This document shows, in pieces, positions 45,595 to 56,764 of a DNA stretch of 64,000 nt (its first letter is position 1; every line of letters begins with the position of its first letter). This stretch comes from an uncultured Eubacteriales bacterium (lineage in GTDB: Bacteria; Acidobacteriota; Aminicenantia; Aminicenantales; CALLJL01). The stretch spans positions 86,114 to 150,113 of the forward strand of contig CAZVIN010000083.1 of the NCBI GenBank assembly GCA_964627255.1, given 5' to 3'. The notes beneath the pieces are model-generated. The model did no database searches. It saw only the letters and a program-made list of their open reading frames with translations, and was not told the origin of the DNA. The translations under genes were made by a program, and so were the position numbers.

Positions 45595-48123
45595 ATGAAA
45601 AAAGGGAAAAGAAGTAGCCTTCTTTATCTTTATTTTAGCCCATTTATTTTTTCTATTTTACTTTTTGCCTCATGCCAGAAAGCAAAAAGCCCTCACGTCA
45701 TAGGCTTATCCGGAGAAGAGGCATCCTGGCCAGCACCATTTCCTTGCCGGGTCGAGGACGGAGATAATCCGGACCTTTTCCTCCTAAGCTTAGGAAAAAT
45801 AACCACGCCTTTGGCCAAGGCTACCTATGACCCGGTTCAAGATAAGGTTACTTTAGATGATGGCTCGGTGATAGAGGGGTATTTTCGCGAGAAATTAAAA
45901 ATTAAATATTTTTCGCCGATAGAAAAAACCGTCTTCCCCCTACCACCTTCAGGCTGGTGTTCCTGGTATTATTATTATCGGGAAATTAACGAGGCCGAAA
46001 TTATCAAGAACGCCCACTGGTTAGCCGAAAATCTCAAAGAATACGGAGCTCTCTATTGTCAGGTTGATGATGGTTGGCAGGGCCGGGGAAGCGAAAAAGG
46101 CAACTATCGGGATTGGTCAACCGTTGACCCGCGCTTCCCTTCAGGGATGGCGGCTCTGGCCGCGAAGCTCAGGGAATTCGGCCTTAAGCCTGGGATTTGG
46201 TTAGCACCTCACGGCCAGAGCAACCCGGAAGTAGTAAAAAAATGGGGCGCTTTCTTGGTGGATGAAAACGGCGAGTCGCTTTCCCGGACCTGGGAAGGAG
46301 ATTATCTCTTAGACCCCTCCCGACCCGAAGCTCGGAACTATTTGGCCGATTTATTTCGGACATTATCCGAGGATTGGGGATATGATTATTTTAAAATAGA
46401 TGGACAGCCGATAGTAGTGCGGGAATACAAAAATAAATTTTCTCTGATGAAAAACCCAACTGGAGAAGCCGAAGAGCTTTATCGGCAAACAATTAAGACA
46501 ATTCGCGACACCATCGGTCCGAGTAGATATCTCTTGGGATGTTGGGGAATCCCGCTGGAAGGAATTGGGTACATGAATGGTTCTAGAACAGGTGGAGATA
46601 TTGTCATTCCTTGGGAAGGTTTCTTGGTAGCCTTACAAGCGACGATGCGCTATTACTTTCTTCACAACATAGCCTGGTATTGTGACCCTGACGTGATGCT
46701 GGTCAGGTATCCCTTGACCATTGACATGGCCCGAGCCTGGGCCACCCTGCAAGGTTTAACCGGCCAGGCTTTAATGGCCTCAGATTGTCTTTATGACCTG
46801 CCCGCAGAAAGAGTGGAAATTCTGAAAAGAGTTTTTCCCGCGGTTGATATCCGGCCAATGGATTTATTTCCCGTTGAACAGAATAAAAGAATCTGGGACT
46901 TAAAGATTCATCATTTAGGCCGCGATTATGACGTGGTGGGTTGTTTTAATTTCGAGATTAGCGAGTCTTCTGGCCTCGAGCTCAAGTGGTCTGACCTTGG
47001 ACTTCCTGAAGGTGCCTTAGTCCACGTTTTTGATTTTTGGAACCAGGAATATCTGGGTTGCTGGGAAAAGGGAATTTATGTTCCCCTTAACCCGGCGAGT
47101 GTTCGCGTTTTCGCCCTTCACGTGGCAACCTCTGAACCTCAGCTTATTTCTACTTCCCGTCATATCACTCAGGGTTGGGTCGATTTGAACTCCCTCAGCT
47201 ATGATTCCGCGAAGAAAAAAATGAACGGGAAATGCCAGGTTATTGCCCACGACCCCTATGAATTACGTTTTGCTTGGCCACGGCAGGAAAAACTCCAGAT
47301 AATTCGAGCTAAGGTGGCCGGTGCCAAGGTGCAAATCAAGAATTTTCAAAACTGGGGAACAGTGAGTTTCATTCCCCAAAAATCGAAGGAAGTGAGTTGG
47401 GAAATTGAATTCGGACCAGCCGAGGTTTACTCCTTTCCTCCTCGGTCTCCCAGCCGTCTTCAGGCCGAACCCTTAGGTTTAAACGGCCTTCGACTTCATT
47501 GGGCTCCGCTTTATTACTTGTGTGCTGGCTATTTGATATCTGTGGATAACGGGGCCGTTTTATATACGCCCGTGCCTGAGGCGCTGGTTACATCTATAGA
47601 CCCTCATCAAGAGCATTTAGTGAGCGTCCAATCAGTGTGGTGGGACGGAACTTCGAGCCCCGAGCCGGCAACAATAAAGGTAAAGCCCAGCAGCCTTCTT
47701 CCCCCCGAAATCTTTTTGGAAACACTTCGGCCCCAAAAAATGACTGCGGGCTGGGGTCGAGTCAGGATAAACCGGTCAGTTTCAGGCGCCGAGCTGAAAA
47801 TCGGCAATCGTTCTTATTTAAGGGGTATTGGCACCCATGCGCCGTCGGAAATTATTTTCCCTATTTTAGGCCTCTTCCGCTGGTTTGAAGCTGAGGTGGG
47901 CGTTGATGCCGCTTCGCCTCGGCAGAGAGGCTCAGTAGAATTTATTGTGTGGGGTGATGGCCGCGTTCTCTGGCGAAGCGGTCTGATGAAAGCAAACACG
48001 CCAGCTCGAAGATTCCGTCTGGATATTAGCCGCGTTCAAGAACTCAGGTTGGAAGTCATAGACGGTGGCGACGGAATAGAAAGTGACCACGCCGATTGGG
48101 TTATGCCGCGTCTAATTCGTTAG
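45595..48123 (+). CDS. Lipoprotein glycoside hydrolase of the GH27/GH36-like (alpha-galactosidase/melibiase) class with C-terminal NPCBM-type carbohydrate-binding module
   Basis: Lipobox 'LLFASC'. 'YCQVDDGWQ' catalytic-region motif. The C-terminal ~120 aa resemble the NPCBM domain ('GIGTHAPSEI...DHADWVMP'). Confidence 0.6.
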   Translation: MKKGKRSSLLYLYFSPFIFSILLFASCQKAKSPHVIGLSGEEASWPAPFPCRVEDGDNPDLFLLSLGKITTPLAKATYDPVQDKVTLDDGSVIEGYFREKLKIKYFSPIEKTVFPLPPSGWCSWYYYYREINEAEIIKNAHWLAENLKEYGALYCQVDDGWQGRGSEKGNYRDWSTVDPRFPSGMAALAAKLREFGLKPGIWLAPHGQSNPEVVKKWGAFLVDENGESLSRTWEGDYLLDPSRPEARNYLADLFRTLSEDWGYDYFKIDGQPIVVREYKNKFSLMKNPTGEAEELYRQTIKTIRDTIGPSRYLLGCWGIPLEGIGYMNGSRTGGDIVIPWEGFLVALQATMRYYFLHNIAWYCDPDVMLVRYPLTIDMARAWATLQGLTGQALMASDCLYDLPAERVEILKRVFPAVDIRPMDLFPVEQNKRIWDLKIHHLGRDYDVVGCFNFEISESSGLELKWSDLGLPEGALVHVFDFWNQEYLGCWEKGIYVPLNPASVRVFALHVATSEPQLISTSRHITQGWVDLNSLSYDSAKKKMNGKCQVIAHDPYELRFAWPRQEKLQIIRAKVAGAKVQIKNFQNWGTVSFIPQKSKEVSWEIEFGPAEVYSFPPRSPSRLQAEPLGLNGLRLHWAPLYYLCAGYLISVDNGAVLYTPVPEALVTSIDPHQEHLVSVQSVWWDGTSSPEPATIKVKPSSLLPPEIFLETLRPQKMTAGWGRVRINRSVSGAELKIGNRSYLRGIGTHAPSEIIFPILGLFRWFEAEVGVDAASPRQRGSVEFIVWGDGRVLWRSGLMKANTPARRFRLDISRVQELRLEVIDGGDGIESDHADWVMPRLIR

Positions 48124-48130
48124 TTGAGTC

Positions 48131-49909
48131 TTAATTACCAGGCTTTTTAAGGAGCTTGACCCCATGACCTAAGGGAAAAAGCTCGGGAATTGAAACTGGC
48201 AATTTACCTTGGATGTCAATCTCGCCAAATAAGGCCAGGGCGACAGCCGTATGAGCCTGAGGGGCATTGCGGTAGGCGCAAAGATAGACGGGAATCTCAG
48301 GGAAATTCCGGAGGAAATAGGGACTACCAAAAGAGATAACGATAAGAGGTTTTTTTAAATTAGCCAAGTCCTTGACTAAATTGACGTGCTTTGGCTCTAA
48401 CCCTACACTTCCCTTGCCAGCGCGCAACGTGGAAAAAAGACCGATAATTATGGTTTCGGCTTCGTTGGCCATTTTTTTGGCCAATTCTAGCTCTTCTACC
48501 CCAGTATCAGCGTCGGCGTAGAAGGCTTTAGCTTGAGGGCAGCGCTGCTCTATTTCTCTGGTCAGTTGGCGGCCAGCATAATAATCGCCAGGGTCGGAGC
48601 TAAGCGAAAAAACAACTAAATTCGCCGCGCCTGCGCTTAATGGTACTATAGAAGTATCATTTTTAACCAAGGTAATCGCTCGTTCAAAGGCCCGGGCCGC
48701 AATCTGCTGGAAATCCTTAAGCCCCACTCGATAAGGTAAACGATTAATGTCCACTTGTTTCCTCTGGTGAAGGCCCAAAGACGCCTTAACCTGAAGAATT
48801 CTCCGCACCGATTCTTCTATCCTGGAAACAGGGATTTGGCCAGAAATCACAGCTTCCTTTAACGCTTGGCTTACAGCCTCAATATCTGGCGGGAGAAGCA
48901 GACAATCCACCCCTGCCCTGACCGCTTTCACGGCTGCTTCTGCCGGCTGAAAAGACTTGGTTATTCCGCCCATCGTCATGGCATCAGTAACGATTATTCC
49001 CTGGAAATGAAGCTTTTTCCGGAGTAAATCGGTTAGAATTAAGGGCGAAAGGGTAGCTGGAAGTCCGGGGGTGGAATCAAGAGCCGGAACATGAAGATGG
49101 GCGGTCATAATCGCTTGGACTCCCGCTTCAATCGCCCGTCGAAAAGGCCAAAACTCAACTGATTCTAACCGGTTCAAGTCAGCCCCGATAGTCGGTAAAA
49201 GAGTATGAGAATCAAGGTCAGTATCGCCATGGCCGGGGAAGTGTTTGGCCGTGGCAATCAGTCCGTTTTCCTGACAACCACGAATAAACCTAACCGCAAT
49301 CCGACTTACCCACTCTGGGTCCTCGCCTACCGATCGCGTGTTAATAATGGGATTATCGGGATTAATATTGACATCTACTACTGGCGCATAGGTTTGATGA
49401 AGACCAATGGCTCTGGCCTCAAGAGCGGTAACTCTGCCCATTTCATAGGCCAATTCCTCAGAGTCCGCCGCTCCTAAGGCCATAAGGGGTGGAAAAACCG
49501 TAGCGCCGTTTATTTGATTGCCCGTGCCTCGCTCCAAGTCGGAGGAGACAAGGAGCGGTATTTTCGCCCAGCTCTGGAGTTGATTGAGCAAAAGAGCTGT
49601 TTCGTAGACTTCTCCGCCGAAAACAATGACGCCGCCGACTTTTTTTTCTCGAATTAGTCGCAAGAGCCGACTCATCTCGTCGCTATCCGCGGGGTAAAAA
49701 CGGCCACTCACGGAAACAAAAAGAAGTTGGCCGATTTTCTCTTCTAAACTCAGACGACGCAGTGTTTTTTCTACCCAAGGATGTGGTTTGAACGCCGTTG
49801 GCTGAGAACTAATCTTAGGCACAGGTCGCGGCAGACAACCGGAAGCTATTGCAAAGCTAAGAATGATTGCAGGCCAAGAGGCCTGAATTTTTTTTAAAGA
49901 ATAAATCAT
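48131..49909 (-). CDS. Glycoside hydrolase family 3 (beta-N-acetylhexosaminidase / beta-glucosidase-like), lipoprotein
   Basis: GH3 signature 'KHFPGHGDTDLDSH'. GH3 C-terminal domain. Signal/lipobox 'AIASGC'. Start taken at the internal Met to avoid overlap with the preceding gene. Confidence 0.75.
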   Translation of the reverse strand: MIYSLKKIQASWPAIILSFAIASGCLPRPVPKISSQPTAFKPHPWVEKTLRRLSLEEKIGQLLFVSVSGRFYPADSDEMSRLLRLIREKKVGGVIVFGGEVYETALLLNQLQSWAKIPLLVSSDLERGTGNQINGATVFPPLMALGAADSEELAYEMGRVTALEARAIGLHQTYAPVVDVNINPDNPIINTRSVGEDPEWVSRIAVRFIRGCQENGLIATAKHFPGHGDTDLDSHTLLPTIGADLNRLESVEFWPFRRAIEAGVQAIMTAHLHVPALDSTPGLPATLSPLILTDLLRKKLHFQGIIVTDAMTMGGITKSFQPAEAAVKAVRAGVDCLLLPPDIEAVSQALKEAVISGQIPVSRIEESVRRILQVKASLGLHQRKQVDINRLPYRVGLKDFQQIAARAFERAITLVKNDTSIVPLSAGAANLVVFSLSSDPGDYYAGRQLTREIEQRCPQAKAFYADADTGVEELELAKKMANEAETIIIGLFSTLRAGKGSVGLEPKHVNLVKDLANLKKPLIVISFGSPYFLRNFPEIPVYLCAYRNAPQAHTAVALALFGEIDIQGKLPVSIPELFPLGHGVKLLKKPGN

Positions 49910-49925
49910 GAACACTCCAGAAAAT

Positions 49926-51251
49926 TTATTTAAGGAAATAGCGGACAATAAAAAGCACCGAAAAAAGGTAAATTACCCAGTGCACTTGGCGAGCGCGACC
50001 GCTAACCAGCTTCAGTAAGCAATAGGTGATGAAGCCAAAGGTGATTCCTTCCGTAATACTCACTGTCAAAGGCATGATAATTATAGTCAAGAAAGCGGGG
50101 ATGGCCTCGGTTAAATCATCCCAATCAATCTTCGTCACCGCCTTCATCATTAAATAGCCGACGATGATTAGCGGCGGCGCAATAACCGGCCTCAGGGTAA
50201 GATTTTTATAAGAAAACTCACCGCCAATCATTTCGGCCAAAGGGTTAAAAAAAAGGGCGATAAAAAAGAGCAACGAGGTAAAGATGTTGGCCAGCCCGGT
50301 GCGGGCTCCCTGGGCAATTCCGGTGGCGCTCTCGATGTAACTACTGACAGTCGAAGTGCCAAGCATGGCGCCAAAAGTAGTCGCCATACTGTCAGCCAGC
50401 ATGGCTCGATTGGCTCGGGGCAGTCGGCCATCTTTAATAAATCCAGCCGGAGCACTAACCCCAATCAGAGTCCCAACGGCGTCGAATAGGTCCAGGAAGA
50501 AAAAGACAAAAATGACCGTGAGCAGGCCAACCTGGAAAGCGCCGGCGATATCTAGCTTAAGGAAGGTAGGAGCGAGGCTGGGCGGTGGAGAAAGGAGGCC
50601 GTGGTAGCGAACTATTTGAAGCGGAATCCCTGCCGCGGCCGTGGCCAGAATTCCTAACAGGATTGCTCCTCTTACCTTTAGAACCATCAAACAGGAGGTT
50701 AAAGCGACGCCAAAAAGCACTAAGAGCACTGGCCGGCTGGTGAGGTCACCAAGGCCAATTAGAACGCCAGGGGAAGCCACCACCAAACCACCATACTCCA
50801 GACCGATAAGAGCGATAAGTAGACCGATGCCAACGGCAATGGCGTGTTTTAAAGAATCGGGGACAGCGGCCACCAACCCTTCCCAGACCCCAATCAAGGA
50901 AAGGATTATCTGGACCGAACCTGAGACGAAGATTGCACCCAGGGCGACCTGCCAGGAATAGCCCATCACACCGCAGACAATAACGGCAAAAAAGATGTTA
51001 TGACCCATGCAAGGTGCCAGAGACACCGGATAGTTGGCCAAAATTCCCATAAGCAGGGTGCCTAGAGCGCTGCTAAGGCAGGTGGCAACCATGACCGCAC
51101 CCTTGTCCATCCCCGCTTGGCTTAAAATAGCGGGCTGAACAAAAATGATGTAGGACATAGTCATAAAAGTAGTCACCCCGCCGACGGCCTCAGTTCGCAG
51201 TGTAGTGCGGTTTTCCTGGAGACGGAAAAAGCGGTCCAGCCACGACCTCAT
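49926..51251 (-). CDS. NCS2-family purine permease (AzgA/PbuG-like adenine/guanine/hypoxanthine transporter)
   Basis: The N-terminus 'LRTEAVGGVTTFMTMSYIIFVQPAIL...' matches the AzgA subfamily. 12-14 TM helices. Confidence 0.7.
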   Translation of the reverse strand: MRSWLDRFFRLQENRTTLRTEAVGGVTTFMTMSYIIFVQPAILSQAGMDKGAVMVATCLSSALGTLLMGILANYPVSLAPCMGHNIFFAVIVCGVMGYSWQVALGAIFVSGSVQIILSLIGVWEGLVAAVPDSLKHAIAVGIGLLIALIGLEYGGLVVASPGVLIGLGDLTSRPVLLVLFGVALTSCLMVLKVRGAILLGILATAAAGIPLQIVRYHGLLSPPPSLAPTFLKLDIAGAFQVGLLTVIFVFFFLDLFDAVGTLIGVSAPAGFIKDGRLPRANRAMLADSMATTFGAMLGTSTVSSYIESATGIAQGARTGLANIFTSLLFFIALFFNPLAEMIGGEFSYKNLTLRPVIAPPLIIVGYLMMKAVTKIDWDDLTEAIPAFLTIIIMPLTVSITEGITFGFITYCLLKLVSGRARQVHWVIYLFSVLFIVRYFLK

Positions 51252-51261
51252 TGGTCTTCCC

Positions 51262-51801
51262 TTATTGGTCGAGTTTAATTAAGGCTAAAATATCGACTTC
51301 AGGATGGACCTTTTTTATGTTGGCTACTCCGTTAAGAAAGGTTAACTCGACGACAGCCGCGAATCCCACCACTGAAGCCCCCAATTTCTGGATTAAAGAA
51401 ATGGCACTTATTGAAGATGAGCCGGTCGCAATTAGGTCATCGACAATAAGCACACGGTCGGCAGCCTGGACGGCGTCGGCGTGAATTTCGAAAACTTCAA
51501 GGGCATATTCATTGGGGGCCTCGATGGAGACCGTTTTCCGAGGTAGCTTACCCTTCTTGCGGATAATACTCATCCCGACTCCCAGCTCATAGGCCAAAGG
51601 AGCGGCAAAAAGATAGCCGCGAGACTCAATCCCGATAACCAGGCTTGGTCGCTTGGGACGGGCCCAGGAAGTAAACTCGGAAATGATAAACCGAAAGCAC
51701 GCGGCATCCTGAACCAGCGGGGTGATGTCTTTGAAATTTACTCCCGGCTTGGGAAAATTAGGAACCTCACAAATCTTGGCTTTGAGAACTTCCACGTCCA
51801 T
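51262..51801 (-). CDS. apt: Adenine phosphoribosyltransferase
   Basis: PRPP-binding motif 'VLIVDDLIATGSS'. 179 aa. Confidence 0.85.
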   Translation of the reverse strand: MDVEVLKAKICEVPNFPKPGVNFKDITPLVQDAACFRFIISEFTSWARPKRPSLVIGIESRGYLFAAPLAYELGVGMSIIRKKGKLPRKTVSIEAPNEYALEVFEIHADAVQAADRVLIVDDLIATGSSSISAISLIQKLGASVVGFAAVVELTFLNGVANIKKVHPEVDILALIKLDQ

Positions 51802-51934
51802 TTTTCTCTCCCTTCAAGCGCTATTCATGTTAAGAAGAAAATCCAGCCTTTGTCAACGGAGACTTTTAAAACGTTTTTATCGAGGGCCAGGACAAAATCA
51901 TTTTCACTGTTGATAAACGACCAATAGCCGGTTC

Positions 51935-52372
51935 TTAAGCTTGAAAAGAGATTATTCTTTCTTCTTGTGGACCAAGTTCGATGTTAACTTTGTAAACAAG
52001 AAGACCGAGGGGGAAAGTTATTTTTTCGCCCCATTCGATGATTACAACTCCCTGGCCAAGCCAGTCTTCCCAACCCAAATCCAGGATTTCCTCTTCCCGT
52101 TCTAAACGATACAGGTCAACATGATAAATGCGGTACCGGCCATCGTAGATATTGACTAAGGTAAAGGAAGGGCTACAAACTTCACTCAGGTCCTTAACTC
52201 CTAAACCAGAAGCTAAACCACGGGTAAAAACAGTTTTCCCGGCCCCGAGCTCGCCGATGAGAAGGACAATCTCCTTGCCTTTCCAGGACGAAGCCATCTT
52301 TTTAGCTACAGCCATGGTTTCTTCCTCTGAATGACTAACATAAACTCTTCGCTTCGGCCTCATTAACTTCAA
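51935..52372 (-). CDS. tsaE: tRNA t6A biosynthesis ATPase TsaE (YjeE)
   Basis: Walker A 'GELGAGKTVFTRGL'. 145 aa. Confidence 0.8.
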   Translation of the reverse strand: MKLMRPKRRVYVSHSEEETMAVAKKMASSWKGKEIVLLIGELGAGKTVFTRGLASGLGVKDLSEVCSPSFTLVNIYDGRYRIYHVDLYRLEREEEILDLGWEDWLGQGVVIIEWGEKITFPLGLLVYKVNIELGPQEERIISFQA

Positions 52373-53982
52373 AGAGAAGATAGGGAAACTAAACCTGACT
52401 CTGAGCTGAGCGACGACTTTTCCTCTTGAGCGGATTCTTCCATGAGTTTAATTGCCGCTGGCAGGAAGCGAATTAAATCACCCGCCACCAAAGCCCTCTC
52501 CCCTAATTTTTCCCGGGCGAGGTCGCCGCTCAAACCATGAATATAAACTGCGGCCGCCACGGCTAAAAGAGGGTCCTCAACTTGCAGGAGAAAAGAAGCA
52601 GCCAGACCGCTTAAAACATCGCCCGTGCCGCCCGTGGCCATCCCAGGGTTACCGGTCGGGTTGATGAAAACCTGGCCGTCGGAGCCGCTGATAATTGTTC
52701 GATGTCCCTTAATGACCAGAATTATCTTATATTTTTGAGCTAATTCCTGAGCTAACTTAAGTCTTTGACCGAGAATATCGGCCGTGGATTTCCCAATAAG
52801 CCGGGCGAGTTCGCCAGGATGAGGCGTTAACACACAAGGCTTGGGCAATCTTTGGAGCCATTCTGGTTGCTGTGCCAGAATATTAAGACCGTCAGCATCA
52901 ATTAAGCAAGGCACGCTAACAAAAGGCAAAAAAGAAAAAAGCAGAGCGGCAGTAGCAGGGTGAGTTGAAAGACCGGGACCAATGAGCAGGGCATCTTTTC
53001 CTTTGATTAATTCTTTCAACCGGGGCAAAGCTTCAGGCGAAAGAGTGCCTTCAGCGGTTTCTGGCAAATGTTCAGTCATTATCTCCATCGTCGACCGCGC
53101 AATGATGGGTAAACAACTTCGGGGTGTAGCCACTGTAACCAGACCCGCGCCTGCCTTTAAAGCGGCCCGAGCAGCCATTATTGCCGCGCCTGTTTTTCCT
53201 AAGGAACCGGCCAAAATTAAGAGATGACCGTAGGTTCCTTTGTGTGAGTCCTTTTTCCTGGGTCGAAAAGACGAAAGGATTCTGGCTTTCTCCAATAATT
53301 CTATCTTAAGCTTTTTGTCGGCTAAAATGGCCAGCGGGATGCTGATATCAGCGACTAACACTTCGCCCACAAAGTCTTCAGCAGGCGGAAGGACGTGGGC
53401 GATTTTGGGCGCGGCTAGGGTCACAGTGAGGTTCGCCTTCACCGCTGGCCCAATTATCTGGGGGGTATCAGAGGAAAGACCGGAGGGAATATCTACAGCT
53501 ACTTTAAAGGCGCGGCTGCGGTTGATCATTTCTATCGCTCGAGCATACACTCCGGAGGCGGGCATTTCTAAGCCCGTGCCAAAGATGGCGTCAACAACGA
53601 TGGTGGCCTGATTAAGAGCCCGGCTGAAAGCTTGCCAAGCTTTTGGCTCCAAGAGTTCTATTATTTTCAGGCCCATGTTTTCTGCCACCCGCAGATTTAG
53701 GGCGGCGTCTCCTTTTACCTCCGTCTTGGAAGCAAGCAAAAAAACCTGAGAGGAAACTCCATGATTAAAAAGATAGCGTCCGACAACCAGCCCGTCACCA
53801 CCGTTATTTCCCTTCCCGGCCACAATAACTATCTTGTCATCCTTTAGCTTCGGGAATCGCTGGGCTATAGCTCGAAAAATTTGGCGACCGGCATTTTCCA
53901 TTAGAACCGGGCCCGGAAGACCGACTTCCTCGATTGTTTGGCGGTCAATTTCTTTCATTTCGCTTGCGGTCAGAACTTTCAT
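52369..53982 (-). CDS. nnr: Bifunctional NAD(P)H-hydrate repair enzyme Nnr (epimerase + ADP-dependent dehydratase)
   Basis: YjeF-N motif 'AGKGNNGGDGLV'. YjeF-C motif 'GGTGDVLSG'. Confidence 0.85.
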   Translation of the reverse strand: MKVLTASEMKEIDRQTIEEVGLPGPVLMENAGRQIFRAIAQRFPKLKDDKIVIVAGKGNNGGDGLVVGRYLFNHGVSSQVFLLASKTEVKGDAALNLRVAENMGLKIIELLEPKAWQAFSRALNQATIVVDAIFGTGLEMPASGVYARAIEMINRSRAFKVAVDIPSGLSSDTPQIIGPAVKANLTVTLAAPKIAHVLPPAEDFVGEVLVADISIPLAILADKKLKIELLEKARILSSFRPRKKDSHKGTYGHLLILAGSLGKTGAAIMAARAALKAGAGLVTVATPRSCLPIIARSTMEIMTEHLPETAEGTLSPEALPRLKELIKGKDALLIGPGLSTHPATAALLFSFLPFVSVPCLIDADGLNILAQQPEWLQRLPKPCVLTPHPGELARLIGKSTADILGQRLKLAQELAQKYKIILVIKGHRTIISGSDGQVFINPTGNPGMATGGTGDVLSGLAASFLLQVEDPLLAVAAAVYIHGLSGDLAREKLGERALVAGDLIRFLPAAIKLMEESAQEEKSSLSSESGLVSLSSL

Positions 53983-54331
53983 CTTTGTCCTCCAGACAAT
54001 AATTTTATCACAGACGGTTGTTTTTTCGTGCTAATTTTGAATGGACCATGCAGTTGATTATGCTCTGGGCCCATCCTTAGCAATTTGACGTTTTGGCTTT
54101 GACCGCGCACCTTTCCACCCAGCCAAAGACCGCTTTTTCTAACCTTTAAAACGAGATTGGGCTAATGTCTAATAAAAACCCATGCTCTTGGTAAATAAAA
54201 GAGCTCTTTTAGGTGACGTAGTATTAATTATTCCTGATAAAGAGTTGCTGAATCCAGAACCCACTTTAAGGATATGCCGCCCCTTATTTGACATTAGGAT
54301 AAAAAGGCGACTACGATAGTCTTTATACCAA

Positions 54332-55537
54332 ATGAATTTTCACTCTCTGTTTACTCTTGTTATTGCCGGTTTCTTGGGATATCTACTCGGCTGCCTCTCG
54401 CCCGCTTATTTTTTTGGCCGCTGGCTGAAACGCGTTGATATTCGCGAGCATGGAACCAGGAATGCCGGCACAGTTAACACCTTTCATGTTCTGGGCTTGT
54501 TCCCCGCCGTGATTACCGCCTTAATTGACGTGAGTAAAGGACTGGTGGCGCTGGTTATCGGTCAGGCGATTGCTGGTTCGCTGTTGGGTGGTTTCATCGC
54601 GGCTGCGGCGGCGATTTTCGGGCATGTTCTGCCTTTTTACCTTCGTTTTCGCGGGGGCCAAGGTGTCGCTACCGCCACGGGACTGATGCTTTATTTTTTA
54701 GGCCAGTTCTATATAGCCAAGATGCTCCCTTTATTGTCCCTGGCTTTTTTAGCCTCGGCTGTAATCATCTTTGCCTGGATTTCCCGCCAAGGTGAATTTG
54801 TTGGTGCCTTCATTTTGCCGGCTCTTTTTTTTCTTCTTTTAATTTTTGCTCCCCTTTCACCCTCAAAGATTTTTCTCCTTTTAATAATCGTCTATGTTTT
54901 TGGGGTTAATTTATTTAATATTTGGAAACAAGGCCTTTGGCGGCCAGCTAATTTTACTGAAAAAGGGCTTATCGGCTGGCGTCTTTACCTTCGCCCCTTG
55001 GCTTTTTTGCTGGTAATCTTGTTTTTTAAGTTAGACAAAAAAGTTGTTCTTACCCTGTTAGGGATTTTGACGTTATTTTTTCTTCTTCCTGATCTTCTCC
55101 GCTTAGCTTCAGGCCGAATCAATCGTTTTTTCTTTATCCAGGTCCGCCAAATTTATCGACAAAAAGAATGGCGCAAATTCTCCTCAATTACTCTTTTCCT
55201 GCTTTCCTTCTTTCTAACCATGCTTCTTTTTGACCTCAACATCGCTTCCCCCGCGGTTTCTTTCCTCGTTTTTGGTGATTTTTTCAGCAAAATCTACGGT
55301 CTTGGGTTTGGCCGGATTCCTGTGTTTGAGAAGACCCTTGAGGGAAGCTTGGCTCATCTGGCAGCTTGCTTGATGTCGGGTTATCTTCTCCAGCCCTTTC
55401 TCCAGATTTCATTGCCAATTATCATGCTGGGGGGCTTAGTCGCAACTATAACTGAAGTTCTTCCTTGGGGAGTAGATGACAACCTGAGCGTTTCTTTGCT
55501 CAGCGGTTCCGTGATGCATATCGCCCTGTTTTTCTGA
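54332..55537 (+). CDS. plsY: Fusion protein: glycerol-3-phosphate acyltransferase PlsY domain + C-terminal CTP_transf_1 (CdsA / dolichol-kinase-like) domain
   Basis: The N-terminal ~190 aa match PlsY ('GYLLGCLSPAYFFG...KRVDIREHGTRNAGTVNT...DVSKG'). The C-terminal ~200 aa carry the CTP_transf_1 motif 'GDFFSKIYGLGFGRIPVFEKTLEGSLA'. Confidence 0.65.
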   Translation: MNFHSLFTLVIAGFLGYLLGCLSPAYFFGRWLKRVDIREHGTRNAGTVNTFHVLGLFPAVITALIDVSKGLVALVIGQAIAGSLLGGFIAAAAAIFGHVLPFYLRFRGGQGVATATGLMLYFLGQFYIAKMLPLLSLAFLASAVIIFAWISRQGEFVGAFILPALFFLLLIFAPLSPSKIFLLLIIVYVFGVNLFNIWKQGLWRPANFTEKGLIGWRLYLRPLAFLLVILFFKLDKKVVLTLLGILTLFFLLPDLLRLASGRINRFFFIQVRQIYRQKEWRKFSSITLFLLSFFLTMLLFDLNIASPAVSFLVFGDFFSKIYGLGFGRIPVFEKTLEGSLAHLAACLMSGYLLQPFLQISLPIIMLGGLVATITEVLPWGVDDNLSVSLLSGSVMHIALFF

Positions 55538-55728
55538 TAATTTTCCCCAAGAAATTCCACCCAGCCGGCGCTTTGGTAATCCTCGTCTTAATTCCGCTAA
55601 GACAGCGGCCTGCCTGAAAGTATGGAACTGACTTAACTCATTTCGGCTTTGAAGGGCGGAAAAAACTTTAGGCCGCTGGGATTGGTAATCTGGAGTTCGT
55701 TGATTCTTGGAATTATTTATGATACTAA

Positions 55729-56760
<1,032 letters not shown>

Positions 56761-56764
56761 GACC

